64,000 nucleotides of DNA, taken from assembly GCA_026023565.1 (NCBI GenBank), contig JAPETS010000004.1, positions 744,001-808,000 of the forward strand, given 5' to 3'. Positions within the stretch are counted from its first letter, which is position 1. The number at the start of each line of letters is the position of its first letter. The position numbers were made by a program, and so were the translations under genes. The notes beneath the pieces are model-generated. The model worked only from the letters and a program-made list of their open reading frames with translations. It did not search any database and was not told where the DNA came from. Of this stretch, positions 13,414-25,733 are shown piece after piece. This DNA is from Cirrosporium novae-zelandiae (Eukaryota).

Positions 13414-14339
13414 TTTTTTGTTTGTTCTTGAGAGTAGGGTTCTATTTCCTCGTGGGTACGTTTCAATGTGTGTGCTGAGGAGATGGAGATATTTCGGAAG
13501 CGGTGACAGTTAGGCAGGTATATAATCGTGATAGGGTGACCGTTTATATTCGTTGATGGCTGATTCGGCATTTCGTCTTGAATAGTATTGGTTTTTGAAC
13601 TTTCTGTGGCAAGGATGTTCATGATATATCGAAACTCGGCTAGAAAATAATCTCGATATTGGTATACACAGTTCTCATGCTCCTCATATAGGTCGTCTCT
13701 TTTGAATTTCTTGATTGTTAGTTTTGGGTGCCGGGTCTCGAGAGTATCCGTGGTGTAATGACGGATGGTGAACAAATTTCTACGTTGACGTTGTCGTTCG
13801 CCTGGGGTGTCGTGAGTGAGGAATCCTTTAAAATGGAGGTTAAAGTCAAGTTCATCAAGACCAAGTCCTTTTTTATCTTTTTCGCTTAGCTTTAGGGCAG
13901 AGAGTGTGTTATCCATTTGAATTGTTGCTGTGGAATTGTGCAGTTGGTGTTTTGAACGATCCAAGGTAATATGTGTTTCTATGTTATGAATTAGTTTCAA
14001 CAGTATTTGCATTTGCGAGATTTGCAGCTTTTGGGAGAGCCATTCGTCATATATAAGGGTATATGCTAGAACCCTAACGACGTCGACCAGTTGAGTTTGA
14101 AATTGAACCGTTCCAACTTGAAATGCCGGCGCACGGTTTTCCCTGAACACTCAACAACGAAAAGCCGAGATTTTACTGAATACCTGATTGAGTACAAGTA
14201 TTTCCCCGGGCATTCTACTGGGATACTCACTAGAGACCTTAGTCAGGGCCTCATTTCGGTCTTCATTCATCATAATCTTTGGCAATACCCAGAAATGGAA
14301 CCGAAAAGTAACCCTACGATATAAGTATACGCATGACAT
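13407..14339 (-). other. Unassigned long reading frame with one internal stop (14151-14153); orphan or decayed
   Basis: ORFs 13407-14150 and 14151-14339 share a frame; no recognisable domain; stop overlaps tRNA-Gly 3' end. Confidence 0.3.
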
Positions 14340-14812
14340 TAGAACTTACCGAAGCCTCCAGAACAAAAATCTATTTCTAATGAAAATCGATTTGAGTCAT
14401 AACCTAATTTAGCTTAAAGGCCTTCCCAAAGTTTAAAAAGCAACCTCTTCACATTACTTCTCTATCAACTTCCCTTTTTCGCTAACATCCTCCTCCTCCA
14501 ACTTTCTAGTTCCCTAACAGTTTTCCAACACTTTATTGAGCTTTCTAACTTTCTCAGCTCTCCGCCCTCGTAAATTCTTTCCTCCTAAAGCTTTCTAATA
14601 GCTCCTTACGTTCTTCGACTTGGAGCATGCTATTTATTTATTTTCATTACTTATGTCCACAATCACTCCATTTCCTCACAGCCGTGATCATATTTATTGA
14701 TTCATTAGTCCTCTTATTTGTCGACTCTTTTCTATCAATCCTTTTCTGTTGATCTAGTGTAGTATGTTTTTAAGCAGCAGAGGCCATTCATCATCCATAC
14801 CAACCAAAAAAA

Positions 14813-14930
14813 ATGTCTGCCACAACCACCAAAGAATACACCTTTGCAGAGGTATCTAAACATGCTAGGAAGAAAGATCTTCTAGCCGTAATTCACGACA
14901 AAGTCTATGATGTCACTTCATTCGTTGACG
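14813..14930 (+). pseudogene. Cytochrome b5 N-terminal fragment
   Basis: MSATTTKEYTFAEVSKHARKKDLLAVIHDKVYDVTSFVD, breaking off just before the HPGG heme motif. Confidence 0.85.
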
Positions 14931-14945
14931 CTTCACTTTTACCTC

Positions 14946-15107
14946 TCCAATGGATATGTCAATGGTATCTACGACTCCGCCAAGGAAGACCTAAAGACCC
15001 CTCTCGACCGCTTCAACTATGCGCTTTTCCACGCTCCCACCTGCAAACTAGTCTCAAAATTATACACACATATGTTATATAACGATTTCCTTACCAACCC
15101 AGCACAC
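14946..15107 (+). pseudogene. Internal fragment of HMG-CoA synthase (ERG13-like)
   Basis: KTPLDRFNYALFHAPTCKLVSKLYTHMLYNDFLTNPAH matches the HMGS FHxPxCKLV..Y.R.LYND motif. Confidence 0.8.
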
Positions 15108-15227
15108 TTCAACTTTAGATCACTAGATCCTCAATAATCCTACTTTGGAATATCTCGAGCTCTACCCACTACATAGTAGCTAGCACTAAGACTGGGGAGG
15201 ATGCCAATTGGTGATCTTGAACGTATA

Positions 15228-15374
15228 TTTCAAAACCGTCTCCCATTTTGCAAATCAGCCAAGATTATGACTAATCCCATTCCTAACATGTCTGGTGGAT
15301 ATGGTTTCGTTCGCTTCTACGATGAGAATGACCAGCAGCGTACCTTGAGTGAAATTCAAGGCGTTTACTGCGGT
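15228..15374 (+). pseudogene. RRM fragment of Nam8/Ngr1-family RNA-binding protein
   Basis: FQNRLPFCKSAKIMTNPIPNMSGGYGFVRFYDENDQQRTLSEIQGVYCG. Confidence 0.85.
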
Positions 15375-15928
15375 CGTTACCTCCTCCAAAGCTTTGTGCT
15401 GTTCTCTTGGACCAACATCCAAATCTATTGCCCACAATTGCCTTGTCTCATGCTCTGGACTCCACAAACGCAGCAAGCTTATATAACCAAACATGATTAT
15501 CCGCAACAACAGCAAGAAATCACGCCCTTTTAGCTTAGTAGTAGGAGTTTAGCTTACCTCTTTATAGGAATATGGTAAAGTGGTGACTTGATCCTACTAC
15601 ATACACCCTCAAAGGTAAGCAATCTTTCGACCACCCTCTATTTGACCCTCTAGCTTGATTGTATCTCTCTCAAGTAAATTATTGGCTAATATCAACGGCA
15701 GGAACACTACGAGACGGCTAGCAGTGGCCATGGTGATGGTTACGAGAATATCCAACGAGGAGTTTCCTACTGCAGGTGGTGTGGTGTGGTATTTGCTATT
15801 CTTGGATACCTGATGTACTTGTATAGTATCATGTAGAGAGGGAGAGTTTATAGCTGGGGGGGGGAGGGTTGTCCTATCGACTTGATGAAAATACAGTACT
15901 TTCAATAGGTATTAGATTGAAATGAATA

Positions 15929-17771
15929 GAGAGGTCGGACGGGTCTATGGACAGCCCTAGCTTTTAGCCGAAAACACCACAACTTCTCAATTCATCCCCA
16001 ACTCACCCCCCAATCAATTTATTCAATTCAACACCACCACCATGCCTTATAATTCATCTGTTAATGAGTCAGCTCTTCAAGCTGCAATTGCTGATTATAA
16101 AAAAGGCATTTTTTCAAATCTTCGAGCTTGTGCGGTGACTCATAGAGTCACCCGATCTACCCTATCTAATCGATTAATTGGGAAAGCTAAAGCAATGCGC
16201 AATTCGTATACAAATCAGCAAATTTTGTCTGAAGATCAGGAAAACGCTATAGTTGATTGGATAAAAATCCTAAATGATCGAGGTCAAGCTCCAACATTCA
16301 AAATTATACGTCGTTTCATCCTCGATGTCGCGAAATATATCGCCGGTCCAAACAAGCTTAGTCAGAAATGGGTGATTCGATTTGTAAATCGACATCCAGA
16401 CATCAAAATCCTTCCGAATCGTCCTATTTCGACCGACCGAACCTCTATTACGGCTCAAGACCTTATTGCTTTTTTTATTTTATTCGATCGTGTTAAAACT
16501 GAGTACAATATGAAGCTGGAGAATATATAGAATATGGACGAAATAGGTGTTTCAATGGGGACATACAATAATACAACTAAAGTGGTAGGGCGGGCAAATC
16601 AGCGGTCTACGACTAAGGCTATGCCTGGTAACCGTGACTGGATTTCTATATTGGAAACCGTGTCTGTACGGGGGAAATATATTCCGTGTGTTATTATATT
16701 CAAAGGAATGTCGCTTATTGCGTCTTGGTTCGATAATTATATCCCCGATTTATATTATACGGTGTCCCCGAATAGGTGGACGAGCAATGATATTGGGGTC
16801 AAATAGTTGAATACGGTGTTTATTCCCCGGACCTCGCTGACGCTCCCCGAAACTAAAATTCTAGTGGTTGATAGGCATGGTAGTTATATAACCCCAGAGT
16901 TCATATAGATATGTCACCAAAACAACATTCAATGTCTATATTTGCCTGCTCATTCATCTCATTTGCTGCAGTCTCTGGATAGAGGCGTGTTTTCCCCCCT
17001 AAAAAACGCATATAAACGTGATATTGAAGACCTTTCTATATAGGATAATGCCGCACCCGTTAAGAAAGAGAGCTTTATGCGAATATACAATTAAACTCGT
17101 ATTGAACACCTGACTCGTCGGACAATTACAGCTGGGTGGAAAAGAGCTGGTTTATATCCTTTTAACCCTGACCGAGTGCTTTTTTCCCCCGAATTCAAAA
17201 ATTCGAATATTCCCCCCCCTAGAGCGGTTACCCCATCCCCTCAGCCCCCCCAATCTAGCACCCCGACGATATTCAATACCCCTAAAAACAAAAAACAGCT
17301 AGTAGGCTTGGCGGTTGACTTGGATATACCGATTACCCGAAACGTCCGGACGTTCTTAAATAAGGCCGGGAAAAGGCTCGATCAACAAAGCTTCGACGAA
17401 AGCTTTACAAAATTGCAACTAAAGCAAACACAAGCCGAAGTCGAGACTTTCAAGAATAAAAAACGTACTAAGATCGCAATCGATTTAAATAGTCGATTTG
17501 CTGACAAACAAGGTATCGAACGCGAATTGCAGAGGCAGCGGGAGAAACAGGAGCAAAATAAAGTCAAAAAACGGGGGGGTCGTGGGCGGGGAAGGCCAAA
17601 ATTGCCTAAAAAGGAAAGGTCGCATTCTCAGGAATCTCCTACTCCAATGCAGAATTTCATGGGGCAATTCTATGTACATTAATATATAAATTAGTCGATT
17701 GTACTCGAATTGAGAAGTTGTGGTGTTTTCGGCTAAAAGCTAGGGCTGTCCATAGACCCGTCCGACCTCTC
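15929..17771 (+). mobile_element. Fot1/pogo-type Tc1-mariner DNA transposon, 1843 bp
   Basis: Perfect 65-bp TIRs (15929-15993 / 17707-17771), TA target duplication (15927-28, 17772-73), internal transposase frame. Confidence 0.96.
16042..17682 (+). pseudogene. Inactivated pogo/Fot1 transposase (HTH psq, CENP-B HTH, DDE_1, C-terminal AT-hook-like RGRGRPK)
   Basis: Single 546-codon frame with stops at 16528, 16804, 16906, 17041, 17092; motifs NI*NMDE, DRHGSY (for DGHGSH), LPAHSSHLLQSLD. Confidence 0.93.
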
Positions 17772-18150
17772 TAGATATAAATTTTTAAATATTTTCGGCC
17801 GAGAAGGGAATTTCTTGAATACACATTATTCAAAATTTAATTTTTTTTATTGGGAGTTGGTATCTCGTTTTGTCCTAAGGCCTCCCTCCCTAACTACAAC
17901 ATCTTTGGTTAATCCGAATCGACATTTTAACCGAGGGTTTTGGGAAAATTGATTCTTGCTCTTAATCTTGAGGCCGTTAAGTAGAGAACTGGACGAATCA
18001 TATGGATAGCCTTGGTATAAAAAAAAGGTATCTAATACTATTTTTGGGTTCTGGTAGATGATGGTAAGTAATTAGTAGGTATCGGTCCCTGAACCTTAGC
18101 TGACTTGCTCCAAAAAATTATTAGAGTCAACACAAAAAAAATAGAAATTC

Positions 18151-18232
18151 CGACGCCGACTGGATTTGAACCAGTGCCTCCGAAGAGATGTGATTTCTAG
18201 TCACACGCATTAGACCACTCTGCCACGACGTC
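18151..18232 (-). tRNA. tRNA-Ser(AGA), intronless, 82 nt
   Basis: GACGTCG acceptor, TGGCAGAGTGG A-box, TGTGA-CT-AGA-AA-TCACA anticodon arm, long variable arm, GGTTCAAATCC B-box, downstream T8. Confidence 0.96.
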
Positions 18233-18501
18233 TTTAAGATATAATTCAGGAGTGTTTTTTAGGATTATAATCTGGAAGGGAAGGGAAGGGAAGGAGAGGA
18301 GGTAGGTTTCTAAAAGAGCTAGGGTTAAAGGACAAGGGGTTACATGTACTGTATATATACAGAGAGCTACAATATATAAAAAATAATTGGATGTGATAGA
18401 CTATGTTTTGTTTTATTTTATTTTGTTTCGGCCTTGCTTGATAATATATGTGTAGGTATTTAGGTAGGTAGTCAAGATAGTTTTTATGTGTTGAGTTAGA
18501 A

Positions 18502-18565
18502 GTTGGAAGTTGGAGTTGGAAGTTGGAGTTGGAAGTTGGAGTTGGAAGTTGGAGTTGGAGTTGAA
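18502..18565. repeat. Tandem repeat (GTTGGAAGTTGGA)x4 plus partial units
   Basis: Read directly. Confidence 0.9.
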
Positions 18566-18915
18566 GCATGTGTGGGCTAGGTGGGAATGGAAATAGAAAC
18601 GGAAATGGGAACGTCGGACTCCTTGTTATGGATTTATGGATCGATGGATTTAATCATTAGTTTATTTCATTGATTTACTGATTCACTGAGGTTGTGTCCT
18701 GCATTGGATTTGCGTATTTGAGGGAGTTTTTTTAGAGCTTTAAGTTTCATCAACCAAAAAGGCGAAAGTAGGGTGGTGTGCCTCCGAACTTCGAATGAAG
18801 ATATGGGGAGTGAGGTTGGATACGGTTATTATGAGAATTCAAAGTCTGTATCTATATCTGGACGTTAGACCTGGACACATTTTGGTGTCTACTATGTATG
18901 GGTCAACCGTGGATA

Positions 18916-19656
18916 ATGCTTGCTGCCATAGATATTTTAACTAGAACTGATTCGTCCTATGGAAATCCTGTTGGACCTGTCCTTAGATGACATGCTCGCG
19001 AGTACCCTGGGAGGAGGGAGCAGGTTGAAAGGAACGACTGTGAGTGTACATGAAGAAGATTATTATGACTGGGGGGGGGGGTGATATTGATAGAAGAGTT
19101 GGTGCGTTTGTAGTGTGCGAGAAAAGGGATCCGGAACCCATTACTGTCCCGGACTAAAGCTCCGATAAAAAGAAAAGCTAGCCGGGCACGGCACCGACAT
19201 TTGCATCCCAAGCTTCTTCCTCTGTTAATTCTCTCGCATCAATGAAGAAAGAAGACTTCGAATTGAAATACCAAGACCGCCCGGATGCACACCAACAGGA
19301 AAACCCTAGCAGCCGCCCGCACTCGGTATTTCTCCCCTCCACCACTGTCATTCTCTTCTCGCCCGTTCATTTGGATTCGTATCCTCTGCACATGTCCCGG
19401 TGGCGAGCTCCAGGGCTACGGTGCTGCTGTCTTGGAGTCGGTACTGGGGGTTGTGAGGAGGGAGGGGAGACCGGTTGGATTATGGTCGACGGAGAGGGCT
19501 AGGGTTTTTTTTGAACGGGTGGAGAAGTAGATGGCTAGGTGTAAGTGGTCGGAATTGGGGGAAGTGGTAATAAGGGCTTCGGGGGATTCGGAGTAAGATC
19601 GCTTAAGGGTTTGGCCAATGTCTTTTGAGTTTGAGGGGAATGGGAGGGATAGTTGA
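18916..19656 (+). pseudogene. GNAT N-acetyltransferase pseudogene
   Basis: ..FIWIRILCTCPGGELQGYGAAVLESVLGVVRREGRPVGLWSTERARVFFER..*..WSELGEVVIRASGDSE*DRLRVWPM; upstream pieces HAREYPG, VGAFVVCE, RPDA; stops at 19528 and 19594 plus frameshifts. Confidence 0.7.
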
Positions 19657-20913
19657 TATCCTAGAATCTGGTGAGTAGCGAATCCCATAACCAGGGATTC
19701 AACAGAGTAGTATGAAATAGAACCACGAGTGTAGTGGATAATATCTCCCTGTTCAAGATAAACCAAAGTACATTATTAGTGTCTGAAGCCTTCCCCATAT
19801 CAAGCTACACCCAAGAGCATAAGGTAGAGTGGAGGTTTATATCAAAACGACCAAGAATCCGCTCAGCTTAGGACGCCCCCACCTCTGAAGGCAAGAACCA
19901 AGTCAATCCAAAAGACGACCTCGACCTCGACCTCGACTTCTCATCCCTAAAATTCGAGATCGAATCTAACGCAAAAAAATGTCAAGCCCTCGAACAAGAC
20001 AACATAAATCCCCCGTGGAAGATGACAATGCAAGAAAATAGGCATTGCAAATTAGTAGAGGAAGAAACACGGCCCTCTCTCATCCCCTTCCTAGGCGCAA
20101 AGGCTCAGCTTCATTGTAGTATGGGCTAATATTGATGTGGCCCTATTATGAGTACGGTGATATTCCATAAAGCTAGCATCGATACTATGGCTAGATATCT
20201 TAACGGTGACAAAAGAACAACACTACCGGAAGTGTTGTCTTTGTGGGGTAGACAATAATTTGCTTACTGTACCTACTGCTGTATGGATTTGTTGTAGATA
20301 TGCCAAGTGTGCTTTTGGTGAGGTGTATTGTGATATCAGCTGACTATCATGAAGAATGAGATACTTGGCCAAATATGAACGCATTTATGCTGGAAGAGTT
20401 GGTTTCAATGAACATATTTTTCGTGGTCTACGATATCTACACCTGTGGGAAAACAACACGTCAGTAGTATGGCCCAATGTGTGCACACTACAGAAGACGT
20501 GGAACAAACAAGGCTAGTTTGATTCGCAAACCGCGGAGAGATACCTGCATCAATTCTTTCATCTCACCAGAGATAGAGAAGAGATAGCAAGGTATAGATA
20601 GGCCAGGCACAATACATCAATGGTTAAGCGGACAAATCACCCAAGTGACGCCTCCATTGGATTGCTCAGAGTTTTAAAGTAAAAGCGCTTGCGCGGCTTG
20701 CAATTCATTTGTGTATGCTAGTACACTAGTAGACCTTTTTTTTTTAAATAGTTCGACGTTCATCGCTAGCTGTTGCAACGCCATGGCCATAGCTGCCGCC
20801 GTGCAATCGAAAAATCCTTTCGAGTCCTAATACATATCCCTTTGCTTTCTTCGTCGGCCCTTCATTCGTGATCCATCACACCCCCCGGAGTCTGTTATTT
20901 GGAGGAGGCGAAT

Positions 20914-21966
<1,053 letters not shown>

Positions 21967-22324
21967 TTTGACGTCGTTAGATGCTGGATGGGTTAGTAGA
22001 GAGAAAGGGTTCAAATTGTCGACGTTGAAGTTGTGCCTCCAACAATTCAGATTTGGGAAATGTGGGAGCTAAGTGCCGGAAACCCTATGACTTGGCGCTA
22101 ATCCTTACCTAAGCGATATAGCTAAGGTTCCTTCGCGAACTTTGACCGACTCTATCTGAACGCGACCTTTACCATACTTCTTCTGCATCAAAATAATTAT
22201 TGCTCAAGGTTATCTGTGAAGTCCTTAGTCGAGCGTCAGACCTCCTTTGAAGCCCTAAAGCTTCGCTTTTTAATCTTTGGATATCGTTGCGAAGTCGCCC
22301 TAGGGCGCACAAAAACCAATCATC

Positions 22325-23280
22325 ATGGCATCAGCCAACAAGCAAGGCAAGATGGTAAGCTCTCTCTCTAGACAATATAAAGCTGTTACTATTTCGGATG
22401 GCCTGCGTTGACAGAAACAGCTGACTCGGTGGCCAATTCATAGCAAAATCTCGTAAGTCGGCCCGAATCTGCGGATAAGAATGAACAGCTTTTGACATCT
22501 ACTAGATAAATTACCGCATGCGAGTTACCCTTAACGATGGCCGTCAAATGACAGGACAAATGCTCGCTTTTGATAAAGTACGGACCCAGTTCTTTGTTTC
22601 TCTCAGTTTTTTTGGACTCATGTCACTGATTTACTATAGCACATGAATCTCGTCCTTGCAGATACTGAAGAATTCCGCCGTACAAAACGCAAGCCCAACA
22701 AGTCCACAGCCCCTGGTGCTGCACCATCAGATGCTCTCATAGAAACCGAAGAAAAGCGCTCCCTAGGTCTCGCAATTGTCCGCGGCACTCACATAATCTC
22801 GTGTTCTGTTGAGGGTCCTCCACCGGCAGATCCTGGTGCTCGATTGGGTGGTGGTGCTCCTGGCGGACCTAGTGCCCCAGGTGCGATGGCTGCGGGACCT
22901 GGTGTTAGCCGACCTGCTGGTAGAGGGTTGCCTGTTGGTTTGACCGGCCCGGCAATGGGTGTGGGGACATCTGCACCAGGAGGGTTCCCACCGGGTGGAT
23001 TTGCACCTCCTGGATTTGCGGGAGCACCACCTGGATTCGGAGGGAGAGGCGCAGGCGGACCACCCGGATTTGCGCCGCCTGGGTTTGGTGGACAAGGACC
23101 ACGTAAGTTTCTGCTTGGATTATTTGTGTTTTTGGTCTTATTTCCTCTTGAGAAAAGAGAAAAAGATAGTCCTAACATTTCACTCTTGAACTTATAGCTG
23201 CTGGGTTCCAACCACCACCTGGTTTCCAAGCGCCACCAGGCCAAGGACGAGGATTCCCTCCACCAGGCTTTGGGAGGTAG
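22325..23280 (+). CDS. SMB1: Spliceosomal Sm protein B, multi-exon
   Basis: KQGKM|QNL|INYRMRVTLNDGRQMTGQMLAFDK|HMNLVLADTEEFRR; G/P/F-rich tail ending GFGR*. Confidence 0.95.
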
Positions 23281-23952
23281 TGCAACACCCTTGATATACC
23301 TCACTATAAATCACGAAAATGAAACAGAGGATGAAAAATGAAGCAACACAACACCTTCGAGTTAAGACTTGGAAGGCATCAAGAATTAAATTTGCTGGGA
23401 TTTGCTAGATGGGTTGTCAGACATTGGAAGAAGGGGAGGGTTGAGAGGATAGAAAAGGGCATATGTCGGGGTGTGGAGTTTACATCGAAGGGCTGAGATA
23501 ATGAACCTAGAGGCTAATCGACTTGTCCTTCTCGAGCCCTGGGGTAAAGATGTTATTCTTTACTGTCCGCAAAGCGCTAGCTTATGGTCTTGAAGCAGAA
23601 AATAAAAACTACAGTACAGATGATCAACTATTATTCTGGTTTGTGCGATTTTTTGCGTAGCATAAAGTTTTCTACCGATTAAAATGATGGCGTTATCCCA
23701 AAAGAATAAATGTACTCACGCCAACGGCATATTATTTAAAAGCAGTGATAAGGAAGAGGAAATGTGACGAAGCAATGAATAGTGTATGATTAAGGCATAA
23801 TATGCTCCCGTTTTTTATTTCCGTTGCTAATTTTATGCCGTCTATATATACCTGGCAGGAGTTTCCCATCAAACGCAAATGCTAAAACTTTACTATCCCA
23901 TTTCTAGTAAATTAAAGCAGAAGAAAGATTCAAACAACAAAGATGAAGACTG

Positions 23953-25202
23953 CTATCTCCGCTTTTTCTTTCGTCTTCTCCTTCCATTACTGTCACCAAC
24001 AGCACCTTTAGTATCATACCCAGATGCACCCATTTCTGGAGGCACGATTCCGATCCTTACCCCTTCATCTTCGGACTCGTCATCATCTCCCATTCTCCCA
24101 CCTAACTCAGGTTCAGACGTGACGATTTGATGGCTAACAAGCTGAGATATGGGTATTGGCGTTCGTTTTGACATAGAAGAATAGTCTGGTGGGCCACTCA
24201 CATTCCTTGGTGGGTATGGTGCACGGGAATCTAACTGGTGACGTGAAGAATGGGTAACAGGATAAGGATACTGGCGAACTGGTTCTGCGGAATGGGCACC
24301 AAGATTTGATGTCGACCGCGCACGTGGATGTCGACTTGAGTCATCAGGAGGACGTGGTGACGACGATGAGGAACCGGGGTGTTGAGACTGGTAGGATTCT
24401 TGACCAGGGTAATACCATTGATATGATTGACTGTCAAGGTATGTTGGAGATGGAGGGTATGGAAGAAAGGGCGAGGGTGGCTTTTGCTGGGATTGTGATG
24501 GGGTGCGAGAACCGCCAGCAGAGGAGGGATTACTGTAGTAGCCGACTGGAACGCGGGTCACAGATGAGGAAGAATATGGAGGTGTTTGGGGATCAGAACG
24601 ATTTGAGCCAGTTGAAGGCCTATGTTTGTGTCTGGATGGTTCAATGGCACGGGTTGGAGGGGTACCGGAAACACGACGACTTTTGACCTTGGGGGCCTTG
24701 TTGGCACTTCGAGCTTCATCGACCTGATATCTCTGGCGACGATGTTCCAAGGCATCAAGCTCTTCTCTTGTGAGGTTGACATCGGGTTGGCCTTTAGCCT
24801 GTGCACGTCGAATTCGGTACATTGCCTTGTCACAAATCAAATCCTCCTTTTCTCTGAGCGCTATTTTCGCGGCTATCGCTCGCTGGTGTTCCGCTTCGTC
24901 AGCATAGCCAACCTCATCCGAATAATCAGTTTCTCCCTCATAATCATAATCCACTTGCTGCCTTGCTCTCCTGCTTCCTAAATCAATGCCATCAAAACGA
25001 AGCTCGTCACTAACATGTCTTTTCCCCCGACGAAAACCAACCGCCAAACCAACGCCATCACCATTGTCTTCATCTGAACCGACCTCCTCAAACCTCGAAT
25101 GTTCCTCCCATTCTCTCCCCCACTTCTTCTCCTTCCTCCCCGGTCGTGCCCCTGATGGTCTTCCCCATTGGGGCGTATCGTATGGAGTTCGCGGCCGACC
25201 AC
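23953..25202 (-). CDS. Uncharacterised S/P/R-rich protein or exon continuing from YIP3 (no ATG before the DKAM segment)
   Basis: About 415 stop-free codons after YIP3 stop; motifs RPRTPYDTPQWG and ALREKEDLICDKAMYRIRRAQ..VNLTREELDALE; basic C-terminus. Confidence 0.65.
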
Positions 25203-25733
25203 CTAGACCGCCTCCTCGGAAAAAGCATTCTCGATTGGTTTGTCTAAAAAGGAAGCATGACCGAGGACAGTTACCCCGGTAGCTCCGATCAACCAGAGAA
25301 TGGTTGAGATAGGTGAAGCCCAGATACCAAGAGGGACGGCAATCACAAGCAGACCAGTCCAAAGTTGGGATGTAGTAACTCTAGACATTCCAAGCTCGAG
25401 ATCACGGCCATCAAGTTTCATAATGGCCCACCAACCTCCTGTAACAAACATAATGACAAAGAGTAACAGGAGGTTCGTCAGCAAACTGTAAACGCTGAGC
25501 ATGAGAAAAACAAGAAAATAGTTGCTTGAGAAGTAGCTGAGATTGTAGTTGACACGGGATTGGACCTCGCTAAAGTTGTGTGGTTTTGAGAGTCTCTTGA
25601 AATCACAAAATTCGGAGATAGGTTTGAGATTGGCAAATCGAGAGGTCACAGATTGAGAGCGTAAGCTATCAAATCGTCCTTGGAGGTTGAATCTCGATGC
25701 CAAAGCATCGAGAGGAATTTGTAGGCCAGGCAT
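25203..25733 (-). CDS. YIP3: PRA1-family protein Yip3 (176 aa)
   Basis: RLSKPHNFSEVQSRVNYNLSYFSSNY, WLIGATGVTVLGHASF..FSEEAV. Confidence 0.93.
   Translation of the reverse strand: MPGLQIPLDALASRFNLQGRFDSLRSQSVTSRFANLKPISEFCDFKRLSKPHNFSEVQSRVNYNLSYFSSNYFLVFLMLSVYSLLTNLLLLFVIMFVTGGWWAIMKLDGRDLELGMSRVTTSQLWTGLLVIAVPLGIWASPISTILWLIGATGVTVLGHASFLDKPIENAFSEEAV

Noticed and set aside
18246..18569. 107-aa minus ORF (MLQLQLQLPTPTSNS..)
   Set aside because: Product of the tandem repeat and low-complexity DNA
18960..19530. Telomerase-RNA-like or other structured lncRNA (stems TCCTGTTGG/CCAACAGGA, TGCATCC/GGATGCA, AAAACCCTAGC/GCTAGGGTTTT, U-rich pseudoknot-like motif at 19130-19186)
   Set aside because: No 1.5-repeat TAACCCTAA template, several stems are mutually exclusive, and the region translates as a GNAT pseudogene; a covariance-model search would settle it
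20130..20625. Nested stems and a 53-aa ORF with kinase-like IFRGLRYLH
   Set aside because: No HRD/DFG motifs; stems are short and could be chance
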